The notes: generated from the sequence alone by a model not told the origin. 64,000 nt of DNA from Longimicrobiales bacterium (GCA_965202985.1 CBDBCF010000001.1:1248001-1312000); one strand, 5' to 3'. Positions 1 through 11,367 are shown, numbered from the stretch's first letter. Program-made: numbers and translations.

Positions 1-945
1 CTCGGTGGCGGGGACTTGGCCGATCAGGTTGATCATCGCAGAGGCGGCGGCCACGGGCTGCGGGTCCGCCAGGGGCAGGCCGGCGACCGCGCGCACGTGG
101 TTTTCGAACTGGCTGGTGGCGGCCCCGTCCAGGGTCCAGTGTCCCGAGTTGTGGACGCGGGGAGCCATTTCGTTGGCCAGGAAGCCGTCGTCGGTTTGGA
201 AGAGCTCGACGGCCAGCACGCCCACGTAGCCGAGGTGGTCCAGGAGGCGGCCGATTAGGGCCTCGGCTTCGGCTTGCAAGGCGGGGGCGAGGCCCGGGGC
301 GGGGGCGTAGCTGACGCGCAGGATGCCGTCGCGGTGATGGTTCTCGGTCAGCGGATAGAAGATGCGGGAGCCGTCGCGGGCGGCCGCGGCGACGATGCTG
401 AGCTCGCGTCGGAAGGGAACGAACCCCTCGGCGATCAGATCGGCGGGGCCCAGCTTGGCCACGGCGGCGGCGGCTTCTTGGGCCGTTTCGGCCATGGCTT
501 GGCCCTTCCCGTCGTAGCCCATCCGCCGGGTCTTGATCACGACGGGCAGGCCGGTGACCTCCAGCGCGGCCTCCAAGTCGCTGGGCGCATTCACGGGGTG
601 GAAGGGCGCGGTCCGAATCGCGACTTGGCGGAAGAGGCGTTTCTCGGCCAAGCGGTCTTGGGACGCCTCCAGCGCGGCCGGAGGCGGCAGCACCGAAAGC
701 CGCGACTGAAGGAAGGCGGCGCTGGCGGCGGGGACGTTTTCGAATTCGAAGGTGGCCACGTCGCAGGAGTCCGCTAGCCGGGCCAAGCCGGCTTGGTCGT
801 CGTAGGGCGCGCGCACGACGTCCCCGGCGACGGCGGCCGGCGGATCGGCACCGGGCTCCAGGAACGCGAATCGGCACCCCAGGGGGATGCCCTCCAGCGC
901 CATCATCCGGGCGAGCTGGCCGCCGCCCAGGACGCCGATCCTCAC
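1..945 (-). CDS. purK: N5-carboxyaminoimidazole ribonucleotide synthase (runs off window start)
   Basis: Manual translation from GTG 945: [19 protein letters not shown]...[13 protein letters not shown] overlap with purE stop. Confidence 0.93.
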   Translation of the reverse strand, partial: MRIGVLGGGQLARMMALEGIPLGCRFAFLEPGADPPAAVAGDVVRAPYDDQAGLARLADSCDVATFEFENVPAASAAFLQSRLSVLPPPAALEASQDRLAEKRLFRQVAIRTAPFHPVNAPSDLEAALEVTGLPVVIKTRRMGYDGKGQAMAETAQEAAAAVAKLGPADLIAEGFVPFRRELSIVAAAARDGSRIFYPLTENHHRDGILRVSYAPAPGLAPALQAEAEALIGRLLDHLGYVGVLAVELFQTDDGFLANEMAPRVHNSGHWTLDGAATSQFENHVRAVAGLPLADPQPVAAASAMINLIGQVPATE

Positions 946-1532
946 GAAGACGGCTTGGTTCGGCTCGCCGCTTCCGTCGGCTGGGCAGGTTGCGTCGGCT
1001 GGGCAGGTCGCGGCAGCCGGGCCGGGCTCGGCGGTGGAGTCGTCGGGTCCAGGTCCGCCAGGACGGCTTCGGTCCGGCTACGAGCATAGGCGCGCACCGC
1101 CTCTCGGATCGCGGGATCGTCCTGGCCCAGGATTCGCCCGGCCAGGAGGGCCGCGTTGGCGGCGCCCGCTTCGCCGATCGCCAGCGTCCCCACGGGCACG
1201 CCCCCCGGCATCTGGACGATCGACAGCAGCGAGTCCAGCCCCTTGAGCGCCCGCGACTGGATCGGGACCCCCAGCACCGGCAGCACCGTCTTGGCGGCGA
1301 TCATCCCCGGCAGGTGGGCGGCCCCTCCGGCCCCGGCGACGATCACCCGGAGCCCGCGCGCTTCGGCGCCCGAGGCGTACTCGAAGAGCAGGTCCGGCGT
1401 CCGGTGGGCCGACACCACCTGCACTTCGCGCGGAATGCCCAGGGCGTCCAGCGTGTCGGCGGCGTGCTTCATGGTCGGCCAGTCGCTCCGGGAGCCCATG
1501 ACCACGCCCACTAGCGGCGGATTCATGGTCAT
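942..1532 (-). CDS. purE: N5-CAIR mutase
   Basis: [33 protein letters not shown] motifs; Pro/Gln-rich C-terminal tail. Confidence 0.97.
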   Translation of the reverse strand: MTMNPPLVGVVMGSRSDWPTMKHAADTLDALGIPREVQVVSAHRTPDLLFEYASGAEARGLRVIVAGAGGAAHLPGMIAAKTVLPVLGVPIQSRALKGLDSLLSIVQMPGGVPVGTLAIGEAGAANAALLAGRILGQDDPAIREAVRAYARSRTEAVLADLDPTTPPPSPARLPRPAQPTQPAQPTEAASRTKPSS

Positions 1533-1617
1533 AACCTATCGCGGCGCGCAAGCTGTGGGCCGCGATGCGCAGGCGGCTGGCCGAGGCGCCCCGGCATCCG
1601 CCCCGAGCCGCCCGGAC

Positions 1618-2895
1618 CTACTCAACTTCCACCACGAAGAAGCGCTTCTTGCCCACGCGCACGACCACGAAGCGGCCTTCAATGGCGTCGGCGGCGCCCA
1701 GCACGGCCGCGGCATCGTTCGCCCGGACGCCGTTCACGTAGACGCCGCCCCCCCGCACCAAGCGACGTGCTTCGCCCTTCGAAGACGCCATGCCCCCTTC
1801 GGCCATGACGGCGATCAGCTCGACGCCGTCTCCCTCCAGGCGCGCGCGGGCAAGCCTCGTGGACGGCACGTCGGCGAAGATCTCGGCAACGTCGTCGGCG
1901 CCCAGCCCCTCCAAGCTGCCGCCGAAGAGCACCTGCGACGCTCGGACGGCCCGGTCCAGCCCTTCCGATCCGTGGACGGTTCGCGTCACTTCGGCCGCCA
2001 GCCGTCGCTGGGCTTCGCGCCGGTGGGGAGCGTCCCGCGCGGCCATGGACAGTTCCCCTACCTCTGATTCGTCGAGGAGAGTGAACCGCTTCAGGTGCCC
2101 GATCACGTCGGCGTCGGCGGTGTTCAGCCAGAATTGGTAGAAGCGGTAGGGCGACGTGCGCTCCGGGTCCAGCCACACGGTACCCGCTTCGGTCTTGCCG
2201 AACTTGACTCCGTCCGCCGACTCCAGGAGCGGGAACACTACGCCGTGGCAACGAGGGCCGCCCATGCGGCGCACTAGGTCGATTCCCGCCGTGATGTTGC
2301 CCCACTGGTCCGAGCCGCCCATCTGCAACGTGCAGTCGAAGCGCACGGCCAGCTCGCGGAAGTCGTACGCCTGCAACAGCTGATAGGCGAACTCGGTGAA
2401 CGAAATGCCGGCTTCGTCGTCGGCCAGGCGCCGCCGCACCGATTCCTTGCGCAACATGGCGTTCACGGAGAAGTGCTTGCCTACGTCGCGCAGGAAGTCG
2501 ACCAGCCCCAGGCCGTCCAGCCAATCCAGGTTGTTGGCCATGCGCGCCGGGTTGTCGCGACAGTCGAAGTCCAGGAACGACGCCAGCTGCCGGCGGATGC
2601 TCTCGGCGTTTTCTTGTGCGCGGCTTCGGTCCAGCAGGGCGCGTTCCGACGCCTTGCCCGACGGATCGCCGATCAGGCCGGTGCCGCCGCCCACCAGCAC
2701 AATGGGGACGTGGCCGGCGCGCTGCAAATGCACAAGTCCCATGATCGGCACCAGCGAGCCCACATGCAGCGACGGCGCCGTGGGGTCGAAGCCGATGTAG
2801 CCGGCCGTGCGGCCCTGTCGCAAGGCGTCCGCGGCGTGTTCCGTGGCGTCGGCGAACAGGCCTCGCCAGCGCAGTTCGTGCAGAAAGTCGCTCAT
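1618..2895 (-). CDS. tyrS: Tyrosine--tRNA ligase
   Basis: GFDPTAPSLHVG (HIGH-like), QMGGSDQWGN, KFGKT (KMSKS-like), C-terminal S4 domain. Confidence 0.97.
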   Translation of the reverse strand: MSDFLHELRWRGLFADATEHAADALRQGRTAGYIGFDPTAPSLHVGSLVPIMGLVHLQRAGHVPIVLVGGGTGLIGDPSGKASERALLDRSRAQENAESIRRQLASFLDFDCRDNPARMANNLDWLDGLGLVDFLRDVGKHFSVNAMLRKESVRRRLADDEAGISFTEFAYQLLQAYDFRELAVRFDCTLQMGGSDQWGNITAGIDLVRRMGGPRCHGVVFPLLESADGVKFGKTEAGTVWLDPERTSPYRFYQFWLNTADADVIGHLKRFTLLDESEVGELSMAARDAPHRREAQRRLAAEVTRTVHGSEGLDRAVRASQVLFGGSLEGLGADDVAEIFADVPSTRLARARLEGDGVELIAVMAEGGMASSKGEARRLVRGGGVYVNGVRANDAAAVLGAADAIEGRFVVVRVGKKRFFVVEVE

Positions 2896-4421
2896 GTCGA
2901 TCCGAGGTTTGCGCCGAACCGCTCGGCCACTTGCGCGCGCATCACCTTTCCCGTTTGCGTGCGCGGCAGGGCGTCAACCACGCGGATCCGAGATGGGCAG
3001 CGGCCTCGGACCAGCCGGGCGCGGCAATGGCGGTCTACGCCTTCGGGCGCCACGTCGCCGTCGGCCGCTTCCACCACGGCCGCGACGACCTGGCCCCAAT
3101 CCGCGTCCGGCACGCCGAACACCACGGCCTCGCCCACGCCGGGCATCGCTTCGATCACGCGCTCCACTTCGCGGGGCGCCACGTTCAGCCCCCCGGTCGT
3201 GATGACGTCGTCGGCGCGCCCTTCGACATGGACGTTCCCGTCGGCGTCCAGGCGGCCCGCGTCCGGCGTGCGGAACCAGCCGTCGGCGTCCAGCGGCAGC
3301 GGCTCCGGCTGGGCGTCGGGCGCGCCCACCACGGCGGCGGCAAGGGTGGGGCCTCGCACGTGCAGCCTGCCCGCGGCGTCGGCGCGGACTTCCAGGTCGG
3401 GCAGCGGCGGCCCGGCGGTTCCGGGCAGGCGACGGGCCAAGTCGGGCGGTGCCGTGGCGATCTGGGACGAGGTCTCGGTCATGCCCCAGGTGGGGGCTGC
3501 GGGCACTCCCGCCCGCCAAGCCCGCTCCAGCAAGGGGCGGGACGCGGCCGCACCGCCCGTCAGCACGCACTGGAGGCTGGCCGGCGCCTTTCGCGGGCCC
3601 AGCGCGTCCAGAAGGCGTCGGAGCATGACGGGCACCACCGAGAGGTGCGTGACTTGGCCCGCCAACACGGCGTCGGCCACCGTCCTGGCGTCGAACGTCG
3701 GCCAGCAGCGAACTGCAGCGCCGGTCGCGATCGCGCGGAGCAGGAGCGACAGGCCGCCCACGTGTCCTAGGGACAAGCAGAGCCCCCAGCAGGCGCCCGG
3801 CCGGAGCGACAGGCGGCGCACAGCCCCGGCGACCGAAGCCGCAAGCGACCGCGTGGTCAGCCCCACGGCCTTGGGCGCGCCGGAAGAGCCCGAGGTCAGC
3901 AGCACCGCCGACACCTCGGGAAAGTCGGCAAAGGAGAGCGCGCGACCGGCGGGGCGGAATGGAGCCGGCTCGCCCCGGTCGTCCAGCCGCAGGGCGGGGC
4001 GAAGGAGCCGCAGGGCGTAGTCCGTCTCGTCGGTGGACAGTCGCTCGTGGAGGGGCGCGGCCACGAACCCCGCCTTCCAGAGGCCGAAGAGAGCCGTCGC
4101 GGCCTGGGGTCCCGGCGGAAGGGAGAGGGCGGCGACGGCGTGGGACCTTGGCGCTGTGAGGGCCGGGGCGCGAGGCTTGGGCGCCATGTGCCGCGCGGCG
4201 ACGGCGCGGGAGCCCGGCGCTGCGGGGGACGCGGCCTGGGCGGGCGACTTGCCGGTGCGCCGACCAGCCTCGCGGAAGTTGGCCGCTGCGGCTTCGGCGG
4301 CTTGGTCCAGCTCGCGGCAGGACAGTTGCCCGTCGTCCCAGACAAGCGCTGGGGCGTCCGGCGCGCGGGCGGCGGCGCGTTCCAGCCACGTGGCGGGCGT
4401 TGCCACAGGCGGCGGCGTCAC
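2892..4421 (-). CDS. menE: o-succinylbenzoate--CoA ligase (AMP-binding)
   Basis: TSGSSGAPK, WGMTET, GRADD..TGG motifs; start set at GTG 4421 (GTGA overlap with menA stop); men context. Confidence 0.85.
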   Translation of the reverse strand: MTPPPVATPATWLERAAARAPDAPALVWDDGQLSCRELDQAAEAAAANFREAGRRTGKSPAQAASPAAPGSRAVAARHMAPKPRAPALTAPRSHAVAALSLPPGPQAATALFGLWKAGFVAAPLHERLSTDETDYALRLLRPALRLDDRGEPAPFRPAGRALSFADFPEVSAVLLTSGSSGAPKAVGLTTRSLAASVAGAVRRLSLRPGACWGLCLSLGHVGGLSLLLRAIATGAAVRCWPTFDARTVADAVLAGQVTHLSVVPVMLRRLLDALGPRKAPASLQCVLTGGAAASRPLLERAWRAGVPAAPTWGMTETSSQIATAPPDLARRLPGTAGPPLPDLEVRADAAGRLHVRGPTLAAAVVGAPDAQPEPLPLDADGWFRTPDAGRLDADGNVHVEGRADDVITTGGLNVAPREVERVIEAMPGVGEAVVFGVPDADWGQVVAAVVEAADGDVAPEGVDRHCRARLVRGRCPSRIRVVDALPRTQTGKVMRAQVAERFGANLGST

Positions 4422-5356
4422 AGCCACCACATCGCGAACCCTACTCCCAGCCCGGCGCCGTAGAACCCGACCCCGCGCGCAGTCCTGCCCAGGACCGGGA
4501 TCAGCGCTTCCCGCCCGGGACGAGCCTCCGCACCTGCCGCCTCGCCGCCCCCCGCCCGCAGCGCCCCGGCAAACTGCAACACGACGACGACGGCCCGGAC
4601 GCACGTTGCCGCGCCCGCCAGCGCCGCGAGCGTCCAGATCGGCCACCCGAGCCAGAAGTACCCGATCGGCGGGACGGCGGCGGCCACCACCAAGCAGGTC
4701 GCGTACTGAACGGCGGCCGGGAGCGCACCCACACGCACCGCCAAGGTTCGCTTGCCCGCCGCCGCGTCGGTTTCCATGTCCCGCAGGTTGTTCGCCCCGA
4801 GGACCGCCATGCTGAACACGCCCAGGCCGGTGCCCGCCAGCAGGGAGTGCGGGGACAGCGACAGCGCTTGGACGTAGTACGTGCCCATGACCGCGACGGG
4901 GCCGAAGAAGACGAAGACGAAGGCTTCGCCCAGGCCGCGGTAGGCCAGCGGGAACGGGCCCGACGTGTAGGCGAAGGCGCAGAGCAGCGACGCCGCGCCG
5001 ACCGCCGCCACGGGCCAGCCGGCCGCGCCCAGCAGGTAGCCCCCGGCGAAGAAGGCGAGGAGCAGGAACGCGAAGATGCCGCGACCCACGCTTTGCGGCG
5101 TCAACAGTCCGGCCTGGACCACGCGCACGGGACCGACGCGCTCCTCCGTGTCGGCCCCCTTCACGAAGTCGAAGTAGTCGTTGGCCAAGTTCGCGATGAT
5201 CTGGATGCACACGGCGCCTGCCAGCGCGGCGGTCGCCACCTCCGGGACGGCCACGCCGTCGGCCAGGGCCAGTCCCGTTCCCGCCAGCACGGGCGCAATC
5301 GACACCGTCAAGGTCCGAGGACGGATCGCCAGGAACCAGGCGCGCCAACGGCTCAT
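4418..5356 (-). CDS. menA: 1,4-dihydroxy-2-naphthoate prenyltransferase
   Basis: RPRTL, NDYFDFVKGAD, NNLRDMETD..GKRTLAVR UbiA/MenA motifs; hydrophobic. Confidence 0.95.
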   Translation of the reverse strand: MSRWRAWFLAIRPRTLTVSIAPVLAGTGLALADGVAVPEVATAALAGAVCIQIIANLANDYFDFVKGADTEERVGPVRVVQAGLLTPQSVGRGIFAFLLLAFFAGGYLLGAAGWPVAAVGAASLLCAFAYTSGPFPLAYRGLGEAFVFVFFGPVAVMGTYYVQALSLSPHSLLAGTGLGVFSMAVLGANNLRDMETDAAAGKRTLAVRVGALPAAVQYATCLVVAAAVPPIGYFWLGWPIWTLAALAGAATCVRAVVVVLQFAGALRAGGGEAAGAEARPGREALIPVLGRTARGVGFYGAGLGVGFAMWWL

Positions 5357-5393
5357 GGGGCCGCTGCGCCGGGGACGCGCGGCTTGCCGGCAG

Positions 5394-6206
5394 CTACCAC
5401 GGCAGCCACGGGTACTTGCGGAAGTCGGGCTTGCGCTTCTGCAGGTAGGCGTCGCGGCCCTCTTGGCCCTGCTCGGTCATGTAGAAGAGCAGGGTGGCGT
5501 TCCCGGCCAGCTCCTGGAGGCCCGCCTGGCCGTCCACGTCGGCGTTGAAGGCCGACTTGAGCAGGCGGATCGCCAGCGGACTGTGGGACAGGATGCGCTG
5601 GGCCCATTCGCGGCCCTCGTCCTCCAGCCGCTCCACGGGCACGACCTTGTTCACCAGACCCATCTCCAGGGCCTCCTGGGCGCCGTACTGGCGACACAGG
5701 TACCAGATCTCGCGCGCCTTCTTCTGGCCGACGATGCGCGCCAGGTACGACGAACCGAAGCCGCCGTCGAAGCTGCCCACCTTGGGCCCAGTCTGGCCGA
5801 AGACGGCGTTGTCCGCGGCGATCGTCAGGTCGCACACGACGTGGAGCACGTGGCCGCCGCCGATCGCGTAGCCGGCCACCAGGGCGATCACCGGCTTGGG
5901 CATGGTGCGGATCAGCCGTTGGAGGACGAGTACGTTCAGACGGGGCACGCCGTCGCGTCCCACGTAGCCCGCGTCGCCGCGGACGCGCTGGTCGCCGCCG
6001 GAGCAGAAGGCGTACTTGCCGTCCTTGGCCGGGCCTTCGCCGGTCAGCAGGACGACGCCCACGGACGGGTCCTCGTTGGCGTCCTCGAAGGCGTTCAGGA
6101 GTTCGAAGAGGGTCTCGGGGCGGAAGGCGTTTCGGACTTCGGGCCGGTTGATGGCGATCCGGGCGACGCCGTCGTGCTTGCGGTAGGTGATGTCCTCGTA
6201 GGTCAT
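5394..6206 (-). CDS. menB: 1,4-dihydroxy-2-naphthoyl-CoA synthase
   Basis: [22 protein letters not shown]; start ATG 6206 (MTYEDITY). Confidence 0.97.
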   Translation of the reverse strand: MTYEDITYRKHDGVARIAINRPEVRNAFRPETLFELLNAFEDANEDPSVGVVLLTGEGPAKDGKYAFCSGGDQRVRGDAGYVGRDGVPRLNVLVLQRLIRTMPKPVIALVAGYAIGGGHVLHVVCDLTIAADNAVFGQTGPKVGSFDGGFGSSYLARIVGQKKAREIWYLCRQYGAQEALEMGLVNKVVPVERLEDEGREWAQRILSHSPLAIRLLKSAFNADVDGQAGLQELAGNATLLFYMTEQGQEGRDAYLQKRKPDFRKYPWLPW

Positions 6207-6232
6207 GGCGCGTATTGGGGAAGGGTTCGGGT

Positions 6233-8167
6233 TTAGGCGAGAGTTCGGGCTAGGCAACGGGCCACCTGCTCGCGGGCGGCCTCGTGTCGGCGGCGGTTGG
6301 TCTCTTTGCAGGTGCGGATGCGGACGATCTCGGTGCCGGGCCGGCAGATCGCGGCCGAAACGGCGTCCGTCAGCGCTTCGGGCGTGGCGACGTCTTGGAG
6401 CGGGACGCCGTAGAGGTTGGCGGCGTGGCGGAAGTCCAGTCCGTGGGGGGTGGCGAAGTACGGGGTGAAGGCAGGCTCGAACGCCCGGATCGGCAACATG
6501 TGGAAGATGCCGCCCCCGTCGTTGTCCACCAAGACGAACACGGCGTTGAGTTCGCGGTCTCGGGCGGCCAGCAGGCCGTTCATGTCGTGAACGAAGGCCA
6601 GGTCGCCCAGCAGGCCCGCGACGGGGCCGGGACCGCCGGCGGCGCACCCCAGCACCGAGGACACGATGCCGTCGATGCCGCTGGCGCCTCGGTTGCCCAG
6701 GACGCGGACGCGCCGCGGGCCCGGGCGGCCGTAGGCGTCCAGGTCGCGGACGGGCATGGAGCTCGAGACGAAGAGGGTCGATTCGGGGGGAAGCGCGTTC
6801 AGGGCCGCGGCGGCGTATGCGCCCTCGTTGTCGGGGTCGCGGACGGCGTCTTCCAGGGCCAGCCAGGCGGCGGACTCGGCGCGAGCCCAGGCGGCCGGCC
6901 AGGAGGGATCGGGGGGGCGGCGGGCGGGCGGCGGGGACGCGACCGGGGCCGGGGCCGGGCGGGCGGCGGCCGCACGGGGCAGAAGCGTCGCGGGAGACGC
7001 CTTCACGTAGTCGCGCGCCAAACCTTGATGGTCCTTCGGGCAGCTCCCCGCGTCGATCGCGACTTGCACGGCGTCCTTCCAGTGCTCCAGGGCCGCTTCC
7101 AGCGCGGCGGAGGTGGGCGTGCGCCCCGTGCGGAGGATCAGGTCGGGCGCCAGACGGCGCACCAGGGTCGGGACGCGCAGGAAGTGGTCGTAGGCACCGC
7201 AGACTACGGCCGATTGGGGGTCCGGGTCGTCCGGGGCCGGGGTCGCGCCGTCGGGATCGGGGACCGGGCGGTCGGGATCGGGGACTGCGCCGCAGAAACG
7301 GGCGCCGGAGAGCGGGTCCGCCAGGAGGGGAATCCCGCCTAGGGCGGCGAACTGGACCAGGGCGGGGCCGTCGGCGTCGGGGTCGCTGGACGGGCCGGCG
7401 ACCAGGAGGGGGCGCTGGGCGGAGGCGAGCCGCCGGGCCAGGGCGGAAGAGACGTCCGCGACCGAGTCCGGGGCTTGGGCCGGCACGACGGCGACGGGTT
7501 CGTGGACTGCGGAGACGTCCGATCGTCGCCGCCAGCGTGGGACTTCACTCGCTGTTGCTGCGGCGCCGGGTTCGTGAACCGCTTCCCGTCCAAAGCTCGC
7601 CCGCCGGCCCCAGACCGCGTCCGGCGAGCGCGGCTGCAACGGCTTCTCGAAGGGCACGTTCAGGTGGACGGGGCCTGCCGGAGGACCCGTTGCGCGCTGG
7701 GCCGCCACGTCCGCCAGCGCTGCCGCCTCCTCCAGCCCCGCCTCCGACGGGACGGGCAGGTCCGCCTCGAAGCGCACCCTGGCGGCCCCGAAGATGCCGA
7801 CCTGGTCGATCGTCTGGTTGGCGTCGGCGCCTCGCAGACGGGGCGGCCGGTCGGCGGTGATCAGGATCATCGGCACGTCCGACGCGGCGGCCTCCACGAC
7901 CGCGGGCAACAGGTTGGCCACGGCCGTTCCCGAGGTGGTCACCACGGCGGCGGGACGGCGGGTTCGTCGGCCGTATCCCAGGGCGAAGAACGCCGCCGAG
8001 CGCTCGTCCAAGTGGGTCCGCGCCTTGATCTCGGGGAACAAGTGGAGCGCCAGCACCAGCGGCGCCGAGCGCGACCCCGGCGCCACCTCCACCTCCGACA
8101 AGCCCCGGTTAGCGAGTGCGCCGACGATCTGCCGGGCCCAGGCCAGGTTCAGGCTGCCCGCGCGCAA
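6233..8167 (-). CDS. menD: SEPHCHC synthase (ThDP-dependent)
   Basis: [52 protein letters not shown]. Confidence 0.95.
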   Translation of the reverse strand: MRAGSLNLAWARQIVGALANRGLSEVEVAPGSRSAPLVLALHLFPEIKARTHLDERSAAFFALGYGRRTRRPAAVVTTSGTAVANLLPAVVEAAASDVPMILITADRPPRLRGADANQTIDQVGIFGAARVRFEADLPVPSEAGLEEAAALADVAAQRATGPPAGPVHLNVPFEKPLQPRSPDAVWGRRASFGREAVHEPGAAATASEVPRWRRRSDVSAVHEPVAVVPAQAPDSVADVSSALARRLASAQRPLLVAGPSSDPDADGPALVQFAALGGIPLLADPLSGARFCGAVPDPDRPVPDPDGATPAPDDPDPQSAVVCGAYDHFLRVPTLVRRLAPDLILRTGRTPTSAALEAALEHWKDAVQVAIDAGSCPKDHQGLARDYVKASPATLLPRAAAARPAPAPVASPPPARRPPDPSWPAAWARAESAAWLALEDAVRDPDNEGAYAAAALNALPPESTLFVSSSMPVRDLDAYGRPGPRRVRVLGNRGASGIDGIVSSVLGCAAGGPGPVAGLLGDLAFVHDMNGLLAARDRELNAVFVLVDNDGGGIFHMLPIRAFEPAFTPYFATPHGLDFRHAANLYGVPLQDVATPEALTDAVSAAICRPGTEIVRIRTCKETNRRRHEAAREQVARCLARTLA

Positions 8168-8174
8168 GCCGGCC

Positions 8175-9836
8175 CTAGGGCAGCGGGGGGCGTCTCGCGT
8201 GCCAGTCCGTTTCCCGCTGGAAGGCGTGAGCCGCGGCCAGGAGCTTGGCGTCGGCGAACAGCGCGCCGATCAGGGTCGTGGTCAGCGGCATCTCCGTGGG
8301 ACTCTCGTCGTCGGGGTTGCGAACACCGAAGCCGTAAGGCACGACGACGGCCGGATGGCCCGTCTGGTTCGTCAGCCTCACCAGCCCCGACCCGCTCGCG
8401 AACATGTCGAAACCCTCCATGGCTTCGCCCATCCGCTTCATGAGAATGTGACGCCGACGCTGGGACTGCACGAAATCCAACGCCTGCACGTTCCGGCCGC
8501 CGCGAAATCGGCCCCGGCGGCGGCGCTGGGCATCGTCCAGGTCCTGAGGCAGCGGCTCGGGCTCGCCGTCCTTGGCCACGTGAAAGTCGAACGCGGCGGC
8601 GGATTCGACGGTCAGCGCGTTGGAGCCGCCCTCGGGGATCTCGGGCATGGGGCGAAGCTCGGCCCCCATCGACCGCAACTGATCCAGGAACGACTCGGGA
8701 GCGTCCTCCGCGTAGCCGATGCGCAGGTCCGCCAGCCCGTGCGCCGGGTCGAAGTGGAACGGCGCGGTCAGCGACGCCGGGTCCTTCTCGTCGGCGCCGT
8801 GGATTGCGTCGAAGACCAGGGCGCAGTCCAGGGCGCTTCGGCACATCGGTCCCACCTTGTCCATGCTCCACGCCAGCACCATGCCGCCGTGGCGGCTGAC
8901 GCGCCCGAAGGTGGGGCGGAGCGCCGTGAGCCCGCACCGGCGCGAGGGCGAAACAATGGAGCCTTGGGTCTCCGTGCCGATGGCGAACGCCACGCACCCC
9001 GCCGCCGTGGCCGAGCCCGGCCCGGCCGAGGAGCCGCTGGACCCTTCGTCCAGGTTCCACGGGTTCAAGGTGCGCCCCCGGTACCAGCGGTCGCCCCGGG
9101 CGAACTCGCCGGTCGCCAGCTTGGCCACGAGCACGGCGCCCGCGTTGCGCAGCCGAACCGCCACCTCCGAGTCCCGGCGGGTGAACTGCGTTCGGAAGTC
9201 GTCGGCACCCCACGTGGTGCGCGTCCCGGACACCGCGAAGAGGTCCTTGAGGCCGTACGGAACGCCATGCAGGGGACCGCGCCACCGCCCGTCGCGGATC
9301 TCGGCGCCGGCTTGACGGGCTTCTTCCCGGGCGCGGCCTTCCAGGATCGTCACGGCGCACAGCAGCACCGGGTCCAGTCGCTTGAGCCGATTCAGGTAGA
9401 CCTCGGTCAGCTCCTCGGGGGAGACGTGCCGGTCGCGCAGCAAGGCAGCCAGCCGATGGACGGGCAGAAAGGCCAGCTCCTCTTCCGACGAGGGCGCGGG
9501 GCCCGTCCACCGTGCGATCTCGATCTCGGCGCGATCGAAGGGCCGCCCGTCCGTTTCGCGCCAGAACCGCTCCATGAGCGCGCCGGTGCCGCCCGGATAC
9601 GCCTGGAACTGGAACGCCGGCGGCTCTGCGTTGCCCAGCGGGATCGGGACGTCTTGGAGCGTCGGGACGGACGGGACGGCGCCGGCGGACGCGGAATCGT
9701 CCAACGGAGAGGTCGGCTTCAGGGCTGCGTCGGGCTCCGCGGCAGCGCTGGGCTCAAGGGCGGCGCCGGTCCCCAGCGCGCCCGCGGCCGCTGCCGTCGC
9801 GGTGGTCTTGAGAAATCGCCGCCGTTCCAGAGTCAT
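8175..9836 (-). CDS. Amidase-signature family enzyme, Tat-exported
   Basis: ERRRFLK Tat motif; KDL, GSSGSSAG, GTETQGSI amidase signature. Confidence 0.9.
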   Translation of the reverse strand: MTLERRRFLKTTATAAAAGALGTGAALEPSAAAEPDAALKPTSPLDDSASAGAVPSVPTLQDVPIPLGNAEPPAFQFQAYPGGTGALMERFWRETDGRPFDRAEIEIARWTGPAPSSEEELAFLPVHRLAALLRDRHVSPEELTEVYLNRLKRLDPVLLCAVTILEGRAREEARQAGAEIRDGRWRGPLHGVPYGLKDLFAVSGTRTTWGADDFRTQFTRRDSEVAVRLRNAGAVLVAKLATGEFARGDRWYRGRTLNPWNLDEGSSGSSAGPGSATAAGCVAFAIGTETQGSIVSPSRRCGLTALRPTFGRVSRHGGMVLAWSMDKVGPMCRSALDCALVFDAIHGADEKDPASLTAPFHFDPAHGLADLRIGYAEDAPESFLDQLRSMGAELRPMPEIPEGGSNALTVESAAAFDFHVAKDGEPEPLPQDLDDAQRRRRGRFRGGRNVQALDFVQSQRRRHILMKRMGEAMEGFDMFASGSGLVRLTNQTGHPAVVVPYGFGVRNPDDESPTEMPLTTTLIGALFADAKLLAAAHAFQRETDWHARRPPLP

Positions 9837-9841
9837 GGTTC

Positions 9842-10120
9842 CTATCCTCCCGTGACCGCCTGCATGAACAGTACCTTGTCTCCATCCTTCACCGCCGGGT
9901 CCCGTCCGTCCAGCCAGCGCGTGTTCGTGCCGTTGTGGAAGCAGAGGACGTGAGGCCGCAAGTCGCCCGATTCGTCGAAGAGGTGCGGCTTCAACCGGGG
10001 CTCTTGCGCCAGCAGGTCCGCGAAGACTTCCCGCAACGTTTCCCCCGACGCCGACAGTTCCCGCGCCCCGCCCGCCACGGACTCCAGCAGCGAAGGCAGC
10101 GCAACTTGCACGCGCGCCAT
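9842..10120 (-). CDS. MoaD/ThiS family ubiquitin-like protein
   Basis: 92 aa, beta-grasp-like pattern, C-terminal VTGG. Confidence 0.9.
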   Translation of the reverse strand: MARVQVALPSLLESVAGGARELSASGETLREVFADLLAQEPRLKPHLFDESGDLRPHVLCFHNGTNTRWLDGRDPAVKDGDKVLFMQAVTGG

Positions 10121-10172
10121 CAGAGGACCGCCCCGACCAGCCGCCGCGCCCCCGGAAGCGTGGCCGTCGACG

Positions 10173-11261
10173 TCACTCCGCCCATGCCGACACGTGAAGG
10201 ATGCGGGGAAGCGCGACGGGGAGGTTCGTCCAGCTCTCTCCCAGGTCGCGACTGACGTGAACGCTGCCGGACGTGGTGCCGAAGTAGACGCCCGCCGGTT
10301 CGAGGGAGTCCACGGCCATGGCGCCGCGCAGCACGGTGCCGTAGGCGTGGTGGTCGGGCAGCCCTCGCGAGGCGGGCCGCCAGGAGTCGCCGCCGTCGGT
10401 GCTGCGGAAGACTTGAAGGACGCCTCCGGCGGGGACTCGGTGCTCGTCGCTCTCCTGGGGCGCCGCGAAGAGGGCCTTGCCGCCGTCGTCGACCGCGATG
10501 GGGAAGCCGAAGCCCGAGGGCAGGCCGTCCTCGTTCCGCTCCCAGCTGTCGCCCCCGTCCAAGGTCCGGTACATGCCCGAATGGTCCTGGCGGTAGATGC
10601 GGTTCGGGTCCGCCGGGTCCTGGGCCAGCCCGTGCACGCATCGGCCGATCTCCTTGTGCTTCTTGTCCTCCAGGACCGTGGTCACGCCCCGGTTCTTCGG
10701 AATCCACGTGGCGCCGCCGTCGTCGGTGCGGAAAACGCCCACCGCCGAAATGCCGCACCACATTCGCTTGGGGTCGGAGGCGCTGAAGAGCACGGCGTGG
10801 CAGCACAGGCCGCCGGCGCCGGGCAGCCAGCCCTCCCGCGTCTCGTGTTCGTTGAGCCCGGAGACCGGTTCCCAGGACCGCCCTCCGTCGTCGCTGCGGA
10901 ACAGGCCGGCGTCCTGCACTCCGGCGTAGAGGACGCCCCGGTTCTCCGCCAGCGTCCACACCTGACGCAACCGACGCTCGCCGCCGTCCGGGTAGGAAGG
11001 GCCGCGCGGGACCTGCTCCCACGCTTGCGCATCCGGCGCGTCCGCGTCCAGGGAACCGTCCGCGCCCTTCGACAGGTGAAGCGCCGGGCCGTACACGTGG
11101 CTGGCCGTCGCCGCCATGAAGCGCCCGTCGGCCAGTCGGAGGCCCGCCGTCACCTTCCAACCCTTGAAGAACGGCCCCGACACCTCCCAGCGCCGCCGAT
11201 CCGGGCTGCTGCGCATCCAGAAGCCGCCCTTCTCCGTGCCCACCAAGACCCGCACGCCCAT
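10173..11261 (-). CDS. BNR/Asp-box repeat beta-propeller (sialidase-like) protein
   Basis: Start ATG 11261 (MGVRVLVGTEKG); repeated S/T-x-D-G-G-x-S/T-W Asp boxes; no signal peptide evident. Confidence 0.88.
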   Translation of the reverse strand: MGVRVLVGTEKGGFWMRSSPDRRRWEVSGPFFKGWKVTAGLRLADGRFMAATASHVYGPALHLSKGADGSLDADAPDAQAWEQVPRGPSYPDGGERRLRQVWTLAENRGVLYAGVQDAGLFRSDDGGRSWEPVSGLNEHETREGWLPGAGGLCCHAVLFSASDPKRMWCGISAVGVFRTDDGGATWIPKNRGVTTVLEDKKHKEIGRCVHGLAQDPADPNRIYRQDHSGMYRTLDGGDSWERNEDGLPSGFGFPIAVDDGGKALFAAPQESDEHRVPAGGVLQVFRSTDGGDSWRPASRGLPDHHAYGTVLRGAMAVDSLEPAGVYFGTTSGSVHVSRDLGESWTNLPVALPRILHVSAWAE

Positions 11262-11367
11262 TTCACCGCCCCCCGTTCTCGTGTTGCGCGACCGCGCAGC
11301 CGCGAATCCGACGCCCTCACTCCGCGACCGCGCCCCTGCGCCCTCGCCAACCGCCGGAAAGATACGC

